A stretch of DNA of 37,002 bases from a virus (Duplodnaviria > Caudoviricetes), in the IMG/VR virus record IMGVR_UViG_3300037462_000805, positions 1-37,002 of that record; one strand, written 5' to 3'. The notes under the pieces were generated by a model, which was given only the letters and a program-made list of their open reading frames with translations, ran no database searches and was not told the DNA's origin. Below, one piece after another: positions 1 to 9,238 of the stretch (positions are counted from its first letter, which is position 1; each line of letters starts with the position of its first letter). The position numbers and the translations under genes were made by a program.

Positions 1-140
1 CAGGGATAAATCTAAATCTCAAAAAATCAGTGCCAAGCGATGAGCTTATCTTCGGTGGTGCTGTTTGGGCAGATGAATTCTACATTTACGAATACGAAGA
101 AGTCCCCGATCCACCCCCCTTGTGTACACTACTGCTTAAC
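1..140 (+). repeat. Terminal overlap copy 1 (circularity signature)
   Basis: Matches 36863-37002 at 137/140 positions; differences at 104, 116 and 120. Confidence 0.95.
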
Positions 141-1805
141 GTGGCAGGCAGTGTTGTGGTAAATGAAAGCGCACCAGGTGCAGCCGATGGTAGTATTACC
201 ATAGCTACAACTGGTGGCACCGGCACCCTTCAATACAGCTTCAACAACGGCACTACCTGGCAAGCCGGAAACCAACTTACGGGCTTAGTAGGTGGTGTTT
301 ACCAATGCAGAGTAAGAGAGGTAGCCAATACAGCTTGTGAGGCCAGTTATGCTTTTACCGTTAATCAGGATGAGCCAGGCGAAGAAGGGGCTGTATTCAC
401 TATATCTGCTGCAGTAACAAACGAGACAAGCTACGGTGCAAATGATGGTACGATATCTATTACAGTAACTGGAACAGGTGCACCTTTTACCTTTAGTAAA
501 GACAGTGGCCTATCCTATCAATCAAGTAACGTCTACACTAATCTTTCGCCTGGCATTTACTATCTGGTAGCTAAAGCTGATGACGGTACCATAAGAGTCA
601 CCAACGTTACTGTCCTGGCTGGCATACTTCTTTACCAAACTGTAAGGCACATTAACAACCCGATAACTCGGCTGGTCAATGCTGCAGCAAACTGGCGCGA
701 GATCGATAACTACCGCTTGTATTGCGACATAAGGGTAGAAGATCCTGCCGGATCTAATGTGTTTGTAAGCATGATTAAAAATAGGCTTACCCCTGATAAT
801 GATGATAAGGTGATCTTCAACGCGCAAGCTGCCTTCCGCGACCTCATGTATCCGCAAGTACCGGAGACGACTGAAACAACTTTGGTTAAAAAAACAGACC
901 GTAGCCGTGCCTATAAATTTTATACTGGCGTATTAACGGGCGACCTGGTAACGCCTGCATCATTAACCGAAAGCCTTATACAGCTGGCAGTATATGGTGG
1001 TGTCAGTAAAAGGCACTTTCCTGGATTGGAGTTTTTCACCAATCATTTAAACACTACCAAGCAGTTTCTTACCTGGGCACCTAAAAGCAAAGTGGTGTAT
1101 GCCGAGCAAGACGATTACCTCACCTTCTTCAATTACAGAAGCAATGTAAATCAGCTTAAGCTACAGCTTACCTGCTACTATGACGACAACACCAGCACCG
1201 TAGCCGTAACCAAAACCCTTGCAGGCATTAACTATGCCGACATTGTGCAGGTGCCAAGCGGGCCCACTAACAGTGGTGCACGTGGTGTTGAACCAGAAAA
1301 GGTGCTTACACGCTACACCCTTGTACTGCTGAGCCAGACTAACGAAGTTGTTAGCGAGGTGCGCACCTATGTAGTGCAGCTCATTAACCCACCACAACTG
1401 CGTTTCTACCTATTCCTGAATAGTTTAGGTAGCTACGAGTCTATTGCCTTTACGGGCAAAAGCAGTAAATCCGCTGAGGTAACACGCGAAACCGTGCAGC
1501 TATTTCTGCCTGTAGATTACACCGCCAACAACCAGGAGATGGCCGTTAACAGCAGCTTGCACCAGCTTACCGAAAGCTTAAGCACTGGCTACTTCGAAGG
1601 TGCCAATGCAAGAGAGTGGCAGGCATACATGCTGGAGTTTATTCGCAGCAAGAAAGTATACGAAAGCATTAATGGTAAGCGCTATTTAAAGATAGTAAGC
1701 ACTACCAACGTGCCACTGGCCGATGATGAAGTGTACGAAGCCTACACACGCCTGGAAGTGAAAGACCCTTACATAGATGAAAACTATACGCCTGAGATAC
1801 TATGA
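30..1805 (+). CDS. 3' part of tail-associated protein with two SprB-like repeats; true start is 36451
   Basis: Two repeats, NESAPGAADGSITIATTGGTGTLQYS...LTGLVGGVY and NETSYGANDGTISITVTGTGAPFTFS...YTNLSPGIY, resemble SprB repeats. C-terminal FLNSLGSYES motif. Lies in the tail module. Confidence 0.7.
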   Translation: MPSDELIFGGAVWADEFYIYEYEEVPDPPPLCTLLLNVAGSVVVNESAPGAADGSITIATTGGTGTLQYSFNNGTTWQAGNQLTGLVGGVYQCRVREVANTACEASYAFTVNQDEPGEEGAVFTISAAVTNETSYGANDGTISITVTGTGAPFTFSKDSGLSYQSSNVYTNLSPGIYYLVAKADDGTIRVTNVTVLAGILLYQTVRHINNPITRLVNAAANWREIDNYRLYCDIRVEDPAGSNVFVSMIKNRLTPDNDDKVIFNAQAAFRDLMYPQVPETTETTLVKKTDRSRAYKFYTGVLTGDLVTPASLTESLIQLAVYGGVSKRHFPGLEFFTNHLNTTKQFLTWAPKSKVVYAEQDDYLTFFNYRSNVNQLKLQLTCYYDDNTSTVAVTKTLAGINYADIVQVPSGPTNSGARGVEPEKVLTRYTLVLLSQTNEVVSEVRTYVVQLINPPQLRFYLFLNSLGSYESIAFTGKSSKSAEVTRETVQLFLPVDYTANNQEMAVNSSLHQLTESLSTGYFEGANAREWQAYMLEFIRSKKVYESINGKRYLKIVSTTNVPLADDEVYEAYTRLEVKDPYIDENYTPEIL

Positions 1806-3700
1806 TAAGGCTACGTACTAACGGACAAGAGTTTGAACTAAAACCAGGTACGCGCATTACCTACAGGTTGCGCAATCCCATATTCGAAAGCCCCGATGGT
1901 TTAATACCCGGTAGCTACACCATGCCTTTTGATTTGCCCACAGGCAAGGCCAGCGAGAAAAACACAAAGCTATTGGGCAATGGCGATGTTATTGAAAGCA
2001 TAACCACACCCTTTAAGCGCGAAGCAGAAGTGCTGTTTGAAGATGTATTCTTCAAAAAAGGTGAGCTGGTAAACCGAACCGTCAAAAGCAATGCTACTTC
2101 AGTAAACTTTAATTTTGGGTTGGCTACACTGGGCGATGATTTTAAAACCAAACTGCTGCGCGACATTGTAGATGAAAACGTGGTGATTGACAACACCGAC
2201 ATTTATAAGAAAGTATACCTAAAGCCAGGCACTGCAGCGGTAGCACCTTACAGCATTTCTATCAACGGAAAAGTATTTGAAGGCAATACGCTTCAACTCC
2301 TGCGCGATGCCATCAATACAGATACCACAGCGCCACGCGCAGCTTGCGTATATGTACCCACAGGTAGTACGCCTGGTGGTATAGCGGCACCATTTTTAGA
2401 GATCACGCCTGTAACTAATCCTAACGATCCACTCAGTCCGCTAAGTGTAGAACCCAACGGAAACAATGGCAATAGTGCCAGCGGTTTTATCTGGAGTGTA
2501 GAAAGCTTTAGCCTTAGTACCTACTATGCCGGCTTTAGCAGCTTCTTAGCCCCATACTTAAATAACACCACCACCGACCAAAGCCTACGCTTTCCCTTCA
2601 TGGTCAATTACGACCTGTACGATGAAAAACCTTTTTACACTGCCTATTTCGGAGGCACCCCAAGCCTGATCGGCTCCACTAAAGACCAGCCCTGGGTTAA
2701 TGCCAATTGGCTGTACGGCTTTATTGGCAACGACCCCAATTTTGGTATAGGCGTAAACAGCCCCTTTAAAGTTCGCAACCTCAACAGCCTGCAACCCTTT
2801 TTGCGCCTGCGTTGGGTAATGGATAAGATTGCCACCTACTTCGGCTTTGAGTATGAAGGCGACTGGCTCGATGAAGCCGACACACTCAACATGCTTATAG
2901 ACAATGCCAGCCCGCTGGATGAGCCACAGGAATACATTGGCAGCACTAAGTTTGTGTGGTGGCGCAGAAGTTTTAACAAGAAGCAATTGGTACCCGATAT
3001 AAAGGTGATCGATTTCTTTAAGATGTTGCGCGACCGCTACAACCTGGCCATATACCTGAATGAGACTACCGGCAAGGTGCGTATACAAAAACGCGAAGAC
3101 ATTATACGCAGCACTGGCTACACCGATATAACCAACATAGCCAGCGAGCCCGAAACAAAAGACAACCAAAGCATACGCGGTTTAAAGTTTAGCGCTAAAC
3201 GCGATGAAAACGATAAGCTGGCCACCGATGATGTGTATACCATTGGCGATGCAGAAGATGAGCATGTAAGCAATGTTAGTGCACTGCCTACACAGCTCGA
3301 CATCACCACCATTTTAGGCCTTTCGTGCGCCATCAGCGTACCGGCATACTCGCGCAAAATCAGCGACAAGTTTCCACTGCGCATCTTCCATTACCTGGGC
3401 ATAGTTGCTTCTGGTGGTGGCTGGAACTATTGTGCCGCCAGTAAAGATGCCACTACCTACCTGGAAAGCTGGGCAGGCACCACCGGACTGTACAATACTT
3501 TTTGGAAACGATGGACAGAAGCTGAGCTTAACCGAAGAGTAGTGAACCAAAATTGGAGCATGCCCTACCGAAGGATTATAGACCTTGATTGGGAAGTGAA
3601 ATACCGTTTCGACCGAAACGACTACTTTATAAAAGAACTTGCCTTTACCCTGGAAAACAACCGAATTGTTGAAAGCACTGCAGAACTGCACACCACATGA
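1802..3700 (+). CDS. Putative tail tip / baseplate-hub-like structural protein
   Basis: 632 aa with ATGA overlaps on both sides. N-terminal NPIF...SYTMPFDLP...N motif typical of phage tail proteins. Upstream of the tape measure gene. Confidence 0.6.
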   Translation: MIRLRTNGQEFELKPGTRITYRLRNPIFESPDGLIPGSYTMPFDLPTGKASEKNTKLLGNGDVIESITTPFKREAEVLFEDVFFKKGELVNRTVKSNATSVNFNFGLATLGDDFKTKLLRDIVDENVVIDNTDIYKKVYLKPGTAAVAPYSISINGKVFEGNTLQLLRDAINTDTTAPRAACVYVPTGSTPGGIAAPFLEITPVTNPNDPLSPLSVEPNGNNGNSASGFIWSVESFSLSTYYAGFSSFLAPYLNNTTTDQSLRFPFMVNYDLYDEKPFYTAYFGGTPSLIGSTKDQPWVNANWLYGFIGNDPNFGIGVNSPFKVRNLNSLQPFLRLRWVMDKIATYFGFEYEGDWLDEADTLNMLIDNASPLDEPQEYIGSTKFVWWRRSFNKKQLVPDIKVIDFFKMLRDRYNLAIYLNETTGKVRIQKREDIIRSTGYTDITNIASEPETKDNQSIRGLKFSAKRDENDKLATDDVYTIGDAEDEHVSNVSALPTQLDITTILGLSCAISVPAYSRKISDKFPLRIFHYLGIVASGGGWNYCAASKDATTYLESWAGTTGLYNTFWKRWTEAELNRRVVNQNWSMPYRRIIDLDWEVKYRFDRNDYFIKELAFTLENNRIVESTAELHTT

Positions 3701-4179
3701 ACTACCCGCCCGAATTGCAAATAAAGCTTATGGACATTGCTGAGGAATACCGAGGCAAGATTGAAGCTGCCATTCGCCAGGTAATAAGCCAGCCCAAGTA
3801 CCGCGCCAGTGGCGAAGGTCTGGCCAGCTTAACGGTAGTGTTGATTGATGGTAATGCCGACAAGGCACCGGTAATAGTAGTGAACCTTGCCGACCATGTT
3901 ATGCGCCTGGAGAGCCGCAACCTGCAATGGACACAGCTGCCCGACATGCGCAAGATGTTGCAGTGGGCCAGCTATAAAAAGAGCGACCCTAAGGAAGCCC
4001 GGCAACTGGCCTGGGCAGTGGCTAAAGACAAGCAGAAGAACGACACCTGGAAACCCAAGCGCTGGCGCAAACAAAGCCTTAGCGCAGTACTAAAAGAAAT
4101 GAACAAGGCGATGCTACAGGCTTTTGACAAGGCCGTGCTCGACCATATAATGAAACAAGCCACGGAGGGCTTAAAATAG
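3697..4179 (+). CDS. Hypothetical phage protein (possible neck or tail-completion protein)
   Basis: 160 aa, basic, translationally coupled within the tail operon. Function inferred from position only. Confidence 0.5.
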   Translation: MNYPPELQIKLMDIAEEYRGKIEAAIRQVISQPKYRASGEGLASLTVVLIDGNADKAPVIVVNLADHVMRLESRNLQWTQLPDMRKMLQWASYKKSDPKEARQLAWAVAKDKQKNDTWKPKRWRKQSLSAVLKEMNKAMLQAFDKAVLDHIMKQATEGLK

Positions 4180-4181
4180 CA

Positions 4182-6227
4182 ATGGCAGAAATTAAAGTAA
4201 CCCTGGTAAATGGCGAACTCGCTGGCAAAACCGCTCAGGATATAGCCAAGGCCGTGCGCCAGGCGGCTGTAGAGCTAAGCAAAGCAAAAATTGGTACCGA
4301 AGAGTGGGTAAAAGCCAACAAGAAGCTGGAAGAGGCTAAAGAGCTACAGGAAGACCTTGCCAAACAAACAAAGAGCACAGCTGCTGCCAGCGATATGCTG
4401 AAGCAAGCCTGGAACAATCTGCCGGGTGCACAATACTTCAATCAGATTGCCGATAGTTTTGGCATGATGAAGAAGGGCGTGGGTGGTTTAACAAGTCAAT
4501 TTGGTGTGTTACGTACCGCCATTATAGCAACGGGTATTGGCGCGTTGGTTATTGCCATTGTTGGGCTTGTGAGTTGGTTTAGCAAAACCGAAAAAGGTGC
4601 CAACATGCTATCTGGCGTTTTTAAAGCCATGGGCAATGTGCTCGATACTTTAATGGGTAGACTCTTCAATATTGGCACTACGTTAAGAGACTTGTTCTCC
4701 AACCCTGTTAAGTTTTTTAAAGACCTCGGCAACGACATAGCGGGTGCAGCTAAAGAAGGATACAACCTGGTGCAGGTGTTTGATGATATTGAAGACAGGC
4801 AGCGCGAGATGAAGATTACGGCCAAGGAAAATGAACTGGCCATTAACAGCTTACTTACGCAAGCTAAAAACGTTGGTAAAACGTATGAAGAACGCCTCGC
4901 CATTTTAGATAAAGTAACCAAGCTTACCCGCGATAGCTACAGTGCTGAATTAGCCCTCAGTAAAGAATACCTTGATGCTGTAGAGAAAGAAGTAGCAGGC
5001 GAGTTGAAGCGCCAAGGTGTAACCGACATGACGGGCGAACAGGCCGATAAAATTGCCGATGCCAAACTTGCCTACTTAGATTTGCTAGGCCAGGAACAGG
5101 CCATTGAAGATAAAGTAGCCAACTTTAAAGAAAAGCTTTTTGATAAGCAGGAAGCCGCTAACTTAAAAACAGTAAAAAGTAATGAGGCCAGAGCCAAGAG
5201 TGCTGAAGACGCGGCTAAAGCTGAATTAGATGCAGCACGAAACATACAAGACTTAAAAGATGCTCTTATTGCCGATGACCAGCAAAGAGAGATAGAGCAG
5301 ATATTGACACAAAGCGAGCGTAAAATTGAAGCGCTAGTTGGTACCGAAGAACAGATTGCTGAACAGAAAGCCTTGTTGCAGGAGCAAGAGATATTGGCTG
5401 TACAAGCTGTCATTGATAAATATGCTGCTGATGCAGCGGCTAAAAAAGAAGCTGCATTGGCAGAAGATCTTGCTCGACAGCAAAGACACGATGAGGCAGT
5501 TAAAAATATGCTGGCTGAAAGGGCAGCATTTGAGGCTAACTTGAATCAAGCTCAAGAAAATCTTGCTAAAGATGCATTCATGCTAGGAGTTGACTTGTTA
5601 GCTAAAACTACAAATAACGAAAAAGCCGCTAAAGCCATTAGGAAGGCAGGTGCTTTAGCTGAAATTGGAATTGCATTACAACGTGAGAAGGCACAGAACG
5701 CAATATTGGCAGGTCAATTTGCTAATACGATACCGCCTCCTGGTAACGTGCCTGCTTTTTTTGCGACATTGTTAAAATTAAACACTGTCTCTAATGCAAG
5801 AGCATTGATTGGAGCTGCTCGTGTAGTTGCTTTTAGAAAGGGTGGTATCCTTAACGGACCATCACATGAAGGTGGTGGTATTGGTATGCGCGTAAGAGGC
5901 AGAGTTGTAGCAGAGGCAGAAGGTGGTGAACCTATCCTCACCTCAGCTGTAAGTCGAAACCCTGTATTACTCGCAGCAGCAAGCCGTATTAATGTAGCAG
6001 CCGGTGGTAGGCCATTGATGGCAGAGGGTGGTATTACTCCAAATGAATCAGTTCCTTCATCGGGATACGGAGTAGAGCTTTTAAGAGCCGAATTGCGCGA
6101 AGAACGTGCAGCCATGATGGCCTACGTAGACAAAAAAATAACCACTCTTAGAGTGGTTAATGATCCGCTTCAGACACAATCTAAGATTGATGAGATTAAG
6201 CAGATTGAGAATGAGGTAAATGTTTAA
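4182..6227 (+). CDS. Tail tape measure protein
   Basis: 681 aa, Ala/Glu/Lys-rich and helical. Hydrophobic segment AIIATGIGALVIAIVGLVSWF. C-terminal FRKGG...GPSHEGGGI...EAEGGE motif. Confidence 0.8.
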   Translation: MAEIKVTLVNGELAGKTAQDIAKAVRQAAVELSKAKIGTEEWVKANKKLEEAKELQEDLAKQTKSTAAASDMLKQAWNNLPGAQYFNQIADSFGMMKKGVGGLTSQFGVLRTAIIATGIGALVIAIVGLVSWFSKTEKGANMLSGVFKAMGNVLDTLMGRLFNIGTTLRDLFSNPVKFFKDLGNDIAGAAKEGYNLVQVFDDIEDRQREMKITAKENELAINSLLTQAKNVGKTYEERLAILDKVTKLTRDSYSAELALSKEYLDAVEKEVAGELKRQGVTDMTGEQADKIADAKLAYLDLLGQEQAIEDKVANFKEKLFDKQEAANLKTVKSNEARAKSAEDAAKAELDAARNIQDLKDALIADDQQREIEQILTQSERKIEALVGTEEQIAEQKALLQEQEILAVQAVIDKYAADAAAKKEAALAEDLARQQRHDEAVKNMLAERAAFEANLNQAQENLAKDAFMLGVDLLAKTTNNEKAAKAIRKAGALAEIGIALQREKAQNAILAGQFANTIPPPGNVPAFFATLLKLNTVSNARALIGAARVVAFRKGGILNGPSHEGGGIGMRVRGRVVAEAEGGEPILTSAVSRNPVLLAAASRINVAAGGRPLMAEGGITPNESVPSSGYGVELLRAELREERAAMMAYVDKKITTLRVVNDPLQTQSKIDEIKQIENEVNV

Positions 6228-6814
6228 TTTTTCCTTAAAAATTTAGAGGCCGACAAATCCACTGATAAGCCTACAATAAAAATTCCTAGACCAGCAGCAG
6301 GAACATATCCCGGTACAAATTTTTGTTTTATTGTTGGATCACCTTGTTTAAACTTACTCAAATCTTCGCTATACTGATTGTTATAAATACTTTGTAACAC
6401 CATGGCTGATCCTATAATAAGCATGCCTACAAGTTGAGCACTTTTACCAGCATTTCTTTGTTTTACAAACTGACTCAAATCCACTGATTCAATCGGATTG
6501 CTCTTTAAAAAAAGTGGTGACTTTTCTTCCGTTGAGATGATCTTATTTACCTGATTTACTTTGTCTATAACTACAACACCTTTATCAGCAATACTTTTTT
6601 TAAGGTAAGCAAGACCTTGACTCTCTTTACCAAAAACGATAGAGTCAATGGCCATGATTTCAATATTGCCTTTTTCTGTTACTAACTGTGAATCGTTAGT
6701 CCCTGTAATTCTTGCTTGTAACTTGGTACCATCTTTTTTGTACAAAATGGGTTGTGCATAAGCAATTGAAGATGTAATGATGAGTAGTGTAACAATTTGA
6801 GTTGATAACCGCAT
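6224..6814 (-). CDS. Moron-like exported membrane protein
   Basis: Signal-peptide-like N-terminus (MRLSTQIVTLLIITSSIAYAQ) and two C-terminal hydrophobic helices. AT-rich and opposite in strand to the tail operon. Confidence 0.7.
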   Translation of the reverse strand: MRLSTQIVTLLIITSSIAYAQPILYKKDGTKLQARITGTNDSQLVTEKGNIEIMAIDSIVFGKESQGLAYLKKSIADKGVVVIDKVNQVNKIISTEEKSPLFLKSNPIESVDLSQFVKQRNAGKSAQLVGMLIIGSAMVLQSIYNNQYSEDLSKFKQGDPTIKQKFVPGYVPAAGLGIFIVGLSVDLSASKFLRKN

Positions 6815-6935
6815 ACGAGTTGTTGTTTAGTGATACCAAATTAGTCTTTTTTCTACTTTTTCATACTTCAATTTGCTATATTCCATATCCTTAAGGTACT
6901 TTTAAGCGTTAGTAGACTTAACAACCCCTCGTAAA

Positions 6936-7601
6936 ATGGATCCTATTGTTGATTGGCTATTGGCTCACTACCCTGGGCTTATTTTTGGGGCCTTGGCGCT
7001 AGCTATCGTCATTTGGGCTAGTGTTTGGTGCACCAATAAGTACTGGATAGCCAAAAACCTGTTTTTAAACAGCACTCAAAAGCTTAGCAACCTCGATAAG
7101 CGCATGTTGCAGGTGGATAATCGCCTGGTTTCTCTAGATGGTTCTTTGGCCTCAATAGAAAAAAACATGACTAACCTTACTCACTCGTTGAGTAACATCA
7201 GCCTGTTTTTAACCACAAAGTTTAAACTTACCAACGATCTTTTCGCCAGTAAATCGCCAACACAGCTTACGCCTATTGGCGAAATGTTGCTTGAACAGTC
7301 GGGCGGTAAAAAATTTGTAGATGAGTACCAGCTTTCCCTGATCGCTTCTTTAGAGGCTCTTAAGCCACAAACCGGATTGGATGTGCAGACAGCTTGCGAG
7401 GCACTGATACTCGAAAAAAGTAACGAGGACATCTTTAACCGCATTAAACAATACATTTTTAATAACCCTGTTTATAGGTATACAAAAGATGGCGAACAGC
7501 GCGAAATTGGGGTCGATTTAAACGTTATTTCTACCGTAATGGGCATTTACTTGCGCAACAAATACTTCGAAAAGTACCCTGCTTTGGCAGCAGACTTATA
7601 A
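6936..7601 (+). CDS. Moron-like membrane-anchored coiled-coil protein
   Basis: N-terminal TM segment (GLIFGALALAIVIWASVW) followed by a heptad-like stretch. Has its own downstream terminator. Confidence 0.7.
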   Translation: MDPIVDWLLAHYPGLIFGALALAIVIWASVWCTNKYWIAKNLFLNSTQKLSNLDKRMLQVDNRLVSLDGSLASIEKNMTNLTHSLSNISLFLTTKFKLTNDLFASKSPTQLTPIGEMLLEQSGGKKFVDEYQLSLIASLEALKPQTGLDVQTACEALILEKSNEDIFNRIKQYIFNNPVYRYTKDGEQREIGVDLNVISTVMGIYLRNKYFEKYPALAADL

Positions 7602-7604
7602 AGC

Positions 7605-7624
7605 GCCCCGAAAGGGGCTTTTTT
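7605..7624 (+). terminator. Intrinsic terminator
   Basis: GCCCC-GAAA-GGGGC followed by TTTTTT immediately after the 7601 stop. Confidence 0.85.
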
Positions 7625-7651
7625 ATTTCCCAAAAATTGGCGACAATTGCA

Positions 7652-7805
7652 ATGCGAAACAACAACAGTCTTGAAAATCAAAGAAATCTTAAGGAAAAGC
7701 CGGAAGAGGGTGTCCGTGAGGCCCCTACTCAACTCTGCCATCGGCTGTGTTGTTTCGCCTTCCGGCCTTTTCTTACAAATAAAAAAAACATGCGAAACAA
7801 CACAA
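7652..7805 (+). ncRNA. Putative C4/CI-like structured antisense RNA (7690-7775) with flanking target sites
   Basis: 17-bp closing stem 7690-7706/7759-7775 (one mismatch, one GU). Enclosed CTGTGTTGTTTCGC (7745-7758) is complementary to GCGAAACAACA at 7654 and at 7792, the latter overlapping ATG 7790. Confidence 0.6.
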
Positions 7806-8188
7806 CAACAACTTACCAGGAGCAAGCTTACGAGCTGCTACACCAGCTGGCCAATGTGCACAGCACAAACCACATCCAAGAGTTAAAAGATGCCATTACC
7901 CAATGCCTCGGCCTTATGCTGGAGCAAGGCCGCAATGCAGACCTGTTCAAAGAACAGGCCGATACGCTTATGGTGCATTTCCATGATCTAAACAGGATAG
8001 ATGCATGGTCGAACCAGCGACCTAAAACAACGCGTATTATTACTGAGCTGGGCAAGGCCAATATTGATCTGGAAGTGCTGAGTGATTTCTTTGCCGATGG
8101 CCTGGCACAATGGCAAAAGCAGAAGAAGAGCGCTAAAGATTTGGCACACGTGCAAAAAGCTGCCGAGTTGATTACGAGAAATGTTTGA
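7790..8188 (+). CDS. Hypothetical helical protein under antisense control (possible antirepressor-type role)
   Basis: ATG 7790 follows an A-rich tract. The track's upstream extension to 7637 runs through the structured leader. Confidence 0.6.
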   Translation: MRNNTTTTYQEQAYELLHQLANVHSTNHIQELKDAITQCLGLMLEQGRNADLFKEQADTLMVHFHDLNRIDAWSNQRPKTTRIITELGKANIDLEVLSDFFADGLAQWQKQKKSAKDLAHVQKAAELITRNV

Positions 8189-8191
8189 CGT

Positions 8192-8404
8192 ATGCTGGCA
8201 GAAAAAGTAATTGAACAGGCACGCAAAGATTTAGAGAATAAGATTCTCGAAAGGCTGGCCGAACACGGATTTGTTTTCGAGAACAAAGAGGATCTATTTC
8301 GATTTGCGCTTGAACGTCTTGAGGTAAGGGTGTATGAAGATCAACCCGATTACCGCCAGTTATGGTTAGATCAAAAGATAATGATTGCTGATTGGAAGGA
8401 ATAG
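8192..8404 (+). CDS. Small hypothetical protein
   Basis: 70-aa ORF starting 3 bp after the previous stop, followed by a hairpin. Confidence 0.6.
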   Translation: MLAEKVIEQARKDLENKILERLAEHGFVFENKEDLFRFALERLEVRVYEDQPDYRQLWLDQKIMIADWKE

Positions 8405-8417
8405 CTAACCTCTTCCA

Positions 8418-8452
8418 GTCCTAAAAATGGCGACCTCGTGTCGCCATTTTTG
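8418..8452 (+). promoter_or_regulatory. Putative late promoter (GTCCTA box) for the terminase operon
   Basis: GTCCTA at 8418; CATTTTTG ends at +34; ATG at +39. Same spacing as the other copies. Confidence 0.55.
8423..8451. terminator. Bidirectional terminator-like inverted repeat embedded in a late promoter
   Basis: Perfect 12-bp stem AAAAATGGCGAC / GTCGCCATTTTT with a 5-nt loop. Confidence 0.65.
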
Positions 8453-8456
8453 CTTT

Positions 8457-8588
8457 ATGGAAGATCAAGATGAATACGAAATGATTGTCGAAGAGCAACG
8501 TCTGATGGCCGATGGTTGTCTTCGCATAATGTGGGTATTGATTGGTGTTATGGTGTTAGGTATTATTCTCATTGCTGTATGCGCCTAA
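8457..8588 (+). CDS. Small membrane protein (43 aa, not in ORF track)
   Basis: MEDQDEYEMIVEEQRLMADGCLRIMWVLIGVMVLGIILIAVCA*. Starts 39 nt after a GTCCTA box and overlaps the next ATG at 8579. Confidence 0.55.
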   Translation: MEDQDEYEMIVEEQRLMADGCLRIMWVLIGVMVLGIILIAVCA

Positions 8589-9238
8589 ACCTCGAAGCAC
8601 TTAGGCAAAAACTCGAGAAAAAGGAAGTGTCTGTTTCCGAACCACTGCCAACACCTTCCCAGGCACCTGTTTTGCTTTCCGAGCCTGAGCCGCCAGCACC
8701 ACAATTGCCAACAGATAAGCTGGAGCTGATCGATGAGCTATCGGCACAGATGGCGCGCGTAAAAAAGGAAAGAGCTATACTCAGCAGTGCTACCCCTGCC
8801 CTGGTAGACTTCCTTTACCAAAAACTAAAAGCAGAAAGCCTGGCTACAGCCAATGAGTTTATCAAAGGCAATTTACCCATGCCTGAGCTGGCCGAACATG
8901 CCTCAAAAATTCAGGCTAAAACAGATGAGTGGACAGCCGTATGGGATAAGATCCGCTATGTAGAGCAATACGGTAAACTGCCTAGTGAGAACACGCAGCT
9001 AACCGTGGTTAACTCACCAACTGTCGATGTAAGTGCCCTCACAGCAGAGATCAGAAGGCTCGATGATCTCATCCACAAAACACAGAAGAAATTAATCACG
9101 GGTAAGCCCAAAAATGCCGATCGCATCAACGAATGGAAGATGAAAATAGTGATGGCCGAAAGCACCCGTGATGAACTAAAGCGTAAGCGCAAAAACCTAC
9201 AGTATGGAGCAAGATCAGAGCGCACTAATACCGAGTAA
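8579..9238 (+). CDS. Hypothetical coiled-coil protein upstream of terminase
   Basis: ATG 8579 (MRLNLEALRQKLEK) preferred over TTG 8516; helical. Confidence 0.65.
   Translation: MRLNLEALRQKLEKKEVSVSEPLPTPSQAPVLLSEPEPPAPQLPTDKLELIDELSAQMARVKKERAILSSATPALVDFLYQKLKAESLATANEFIKGNLPMPELAEHASKIQAKTDEWTAVWDKIRYVEQYGKLPSENTQLTVVNSPTVDVSALTAEIRRLDDLIHKTQKKLITGKPKNADRINEWKMKIVMAESTRDELKRKRKNLQYGARSERTNTE

Noticed and set aside
1-140. Biological direct terminal repeat
   Set aside because: It falls mid-gene, and its length fits an assembler k-mer overlap of a circular contig.
7757-7768. CTTCCGGC resembling the TR 5' end
   Set aside because: Only about 8 nt match, and it is explained as one arm of the local RNA stem.
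7637-7789. N-terminal extension of ORF 7637..8188 and overlapping ORF 7647..7886
   Set aside because: Both run through the structured leader; ATG 7790 has a better context. A short leader translated from ATG 7652 cannot be excluded.
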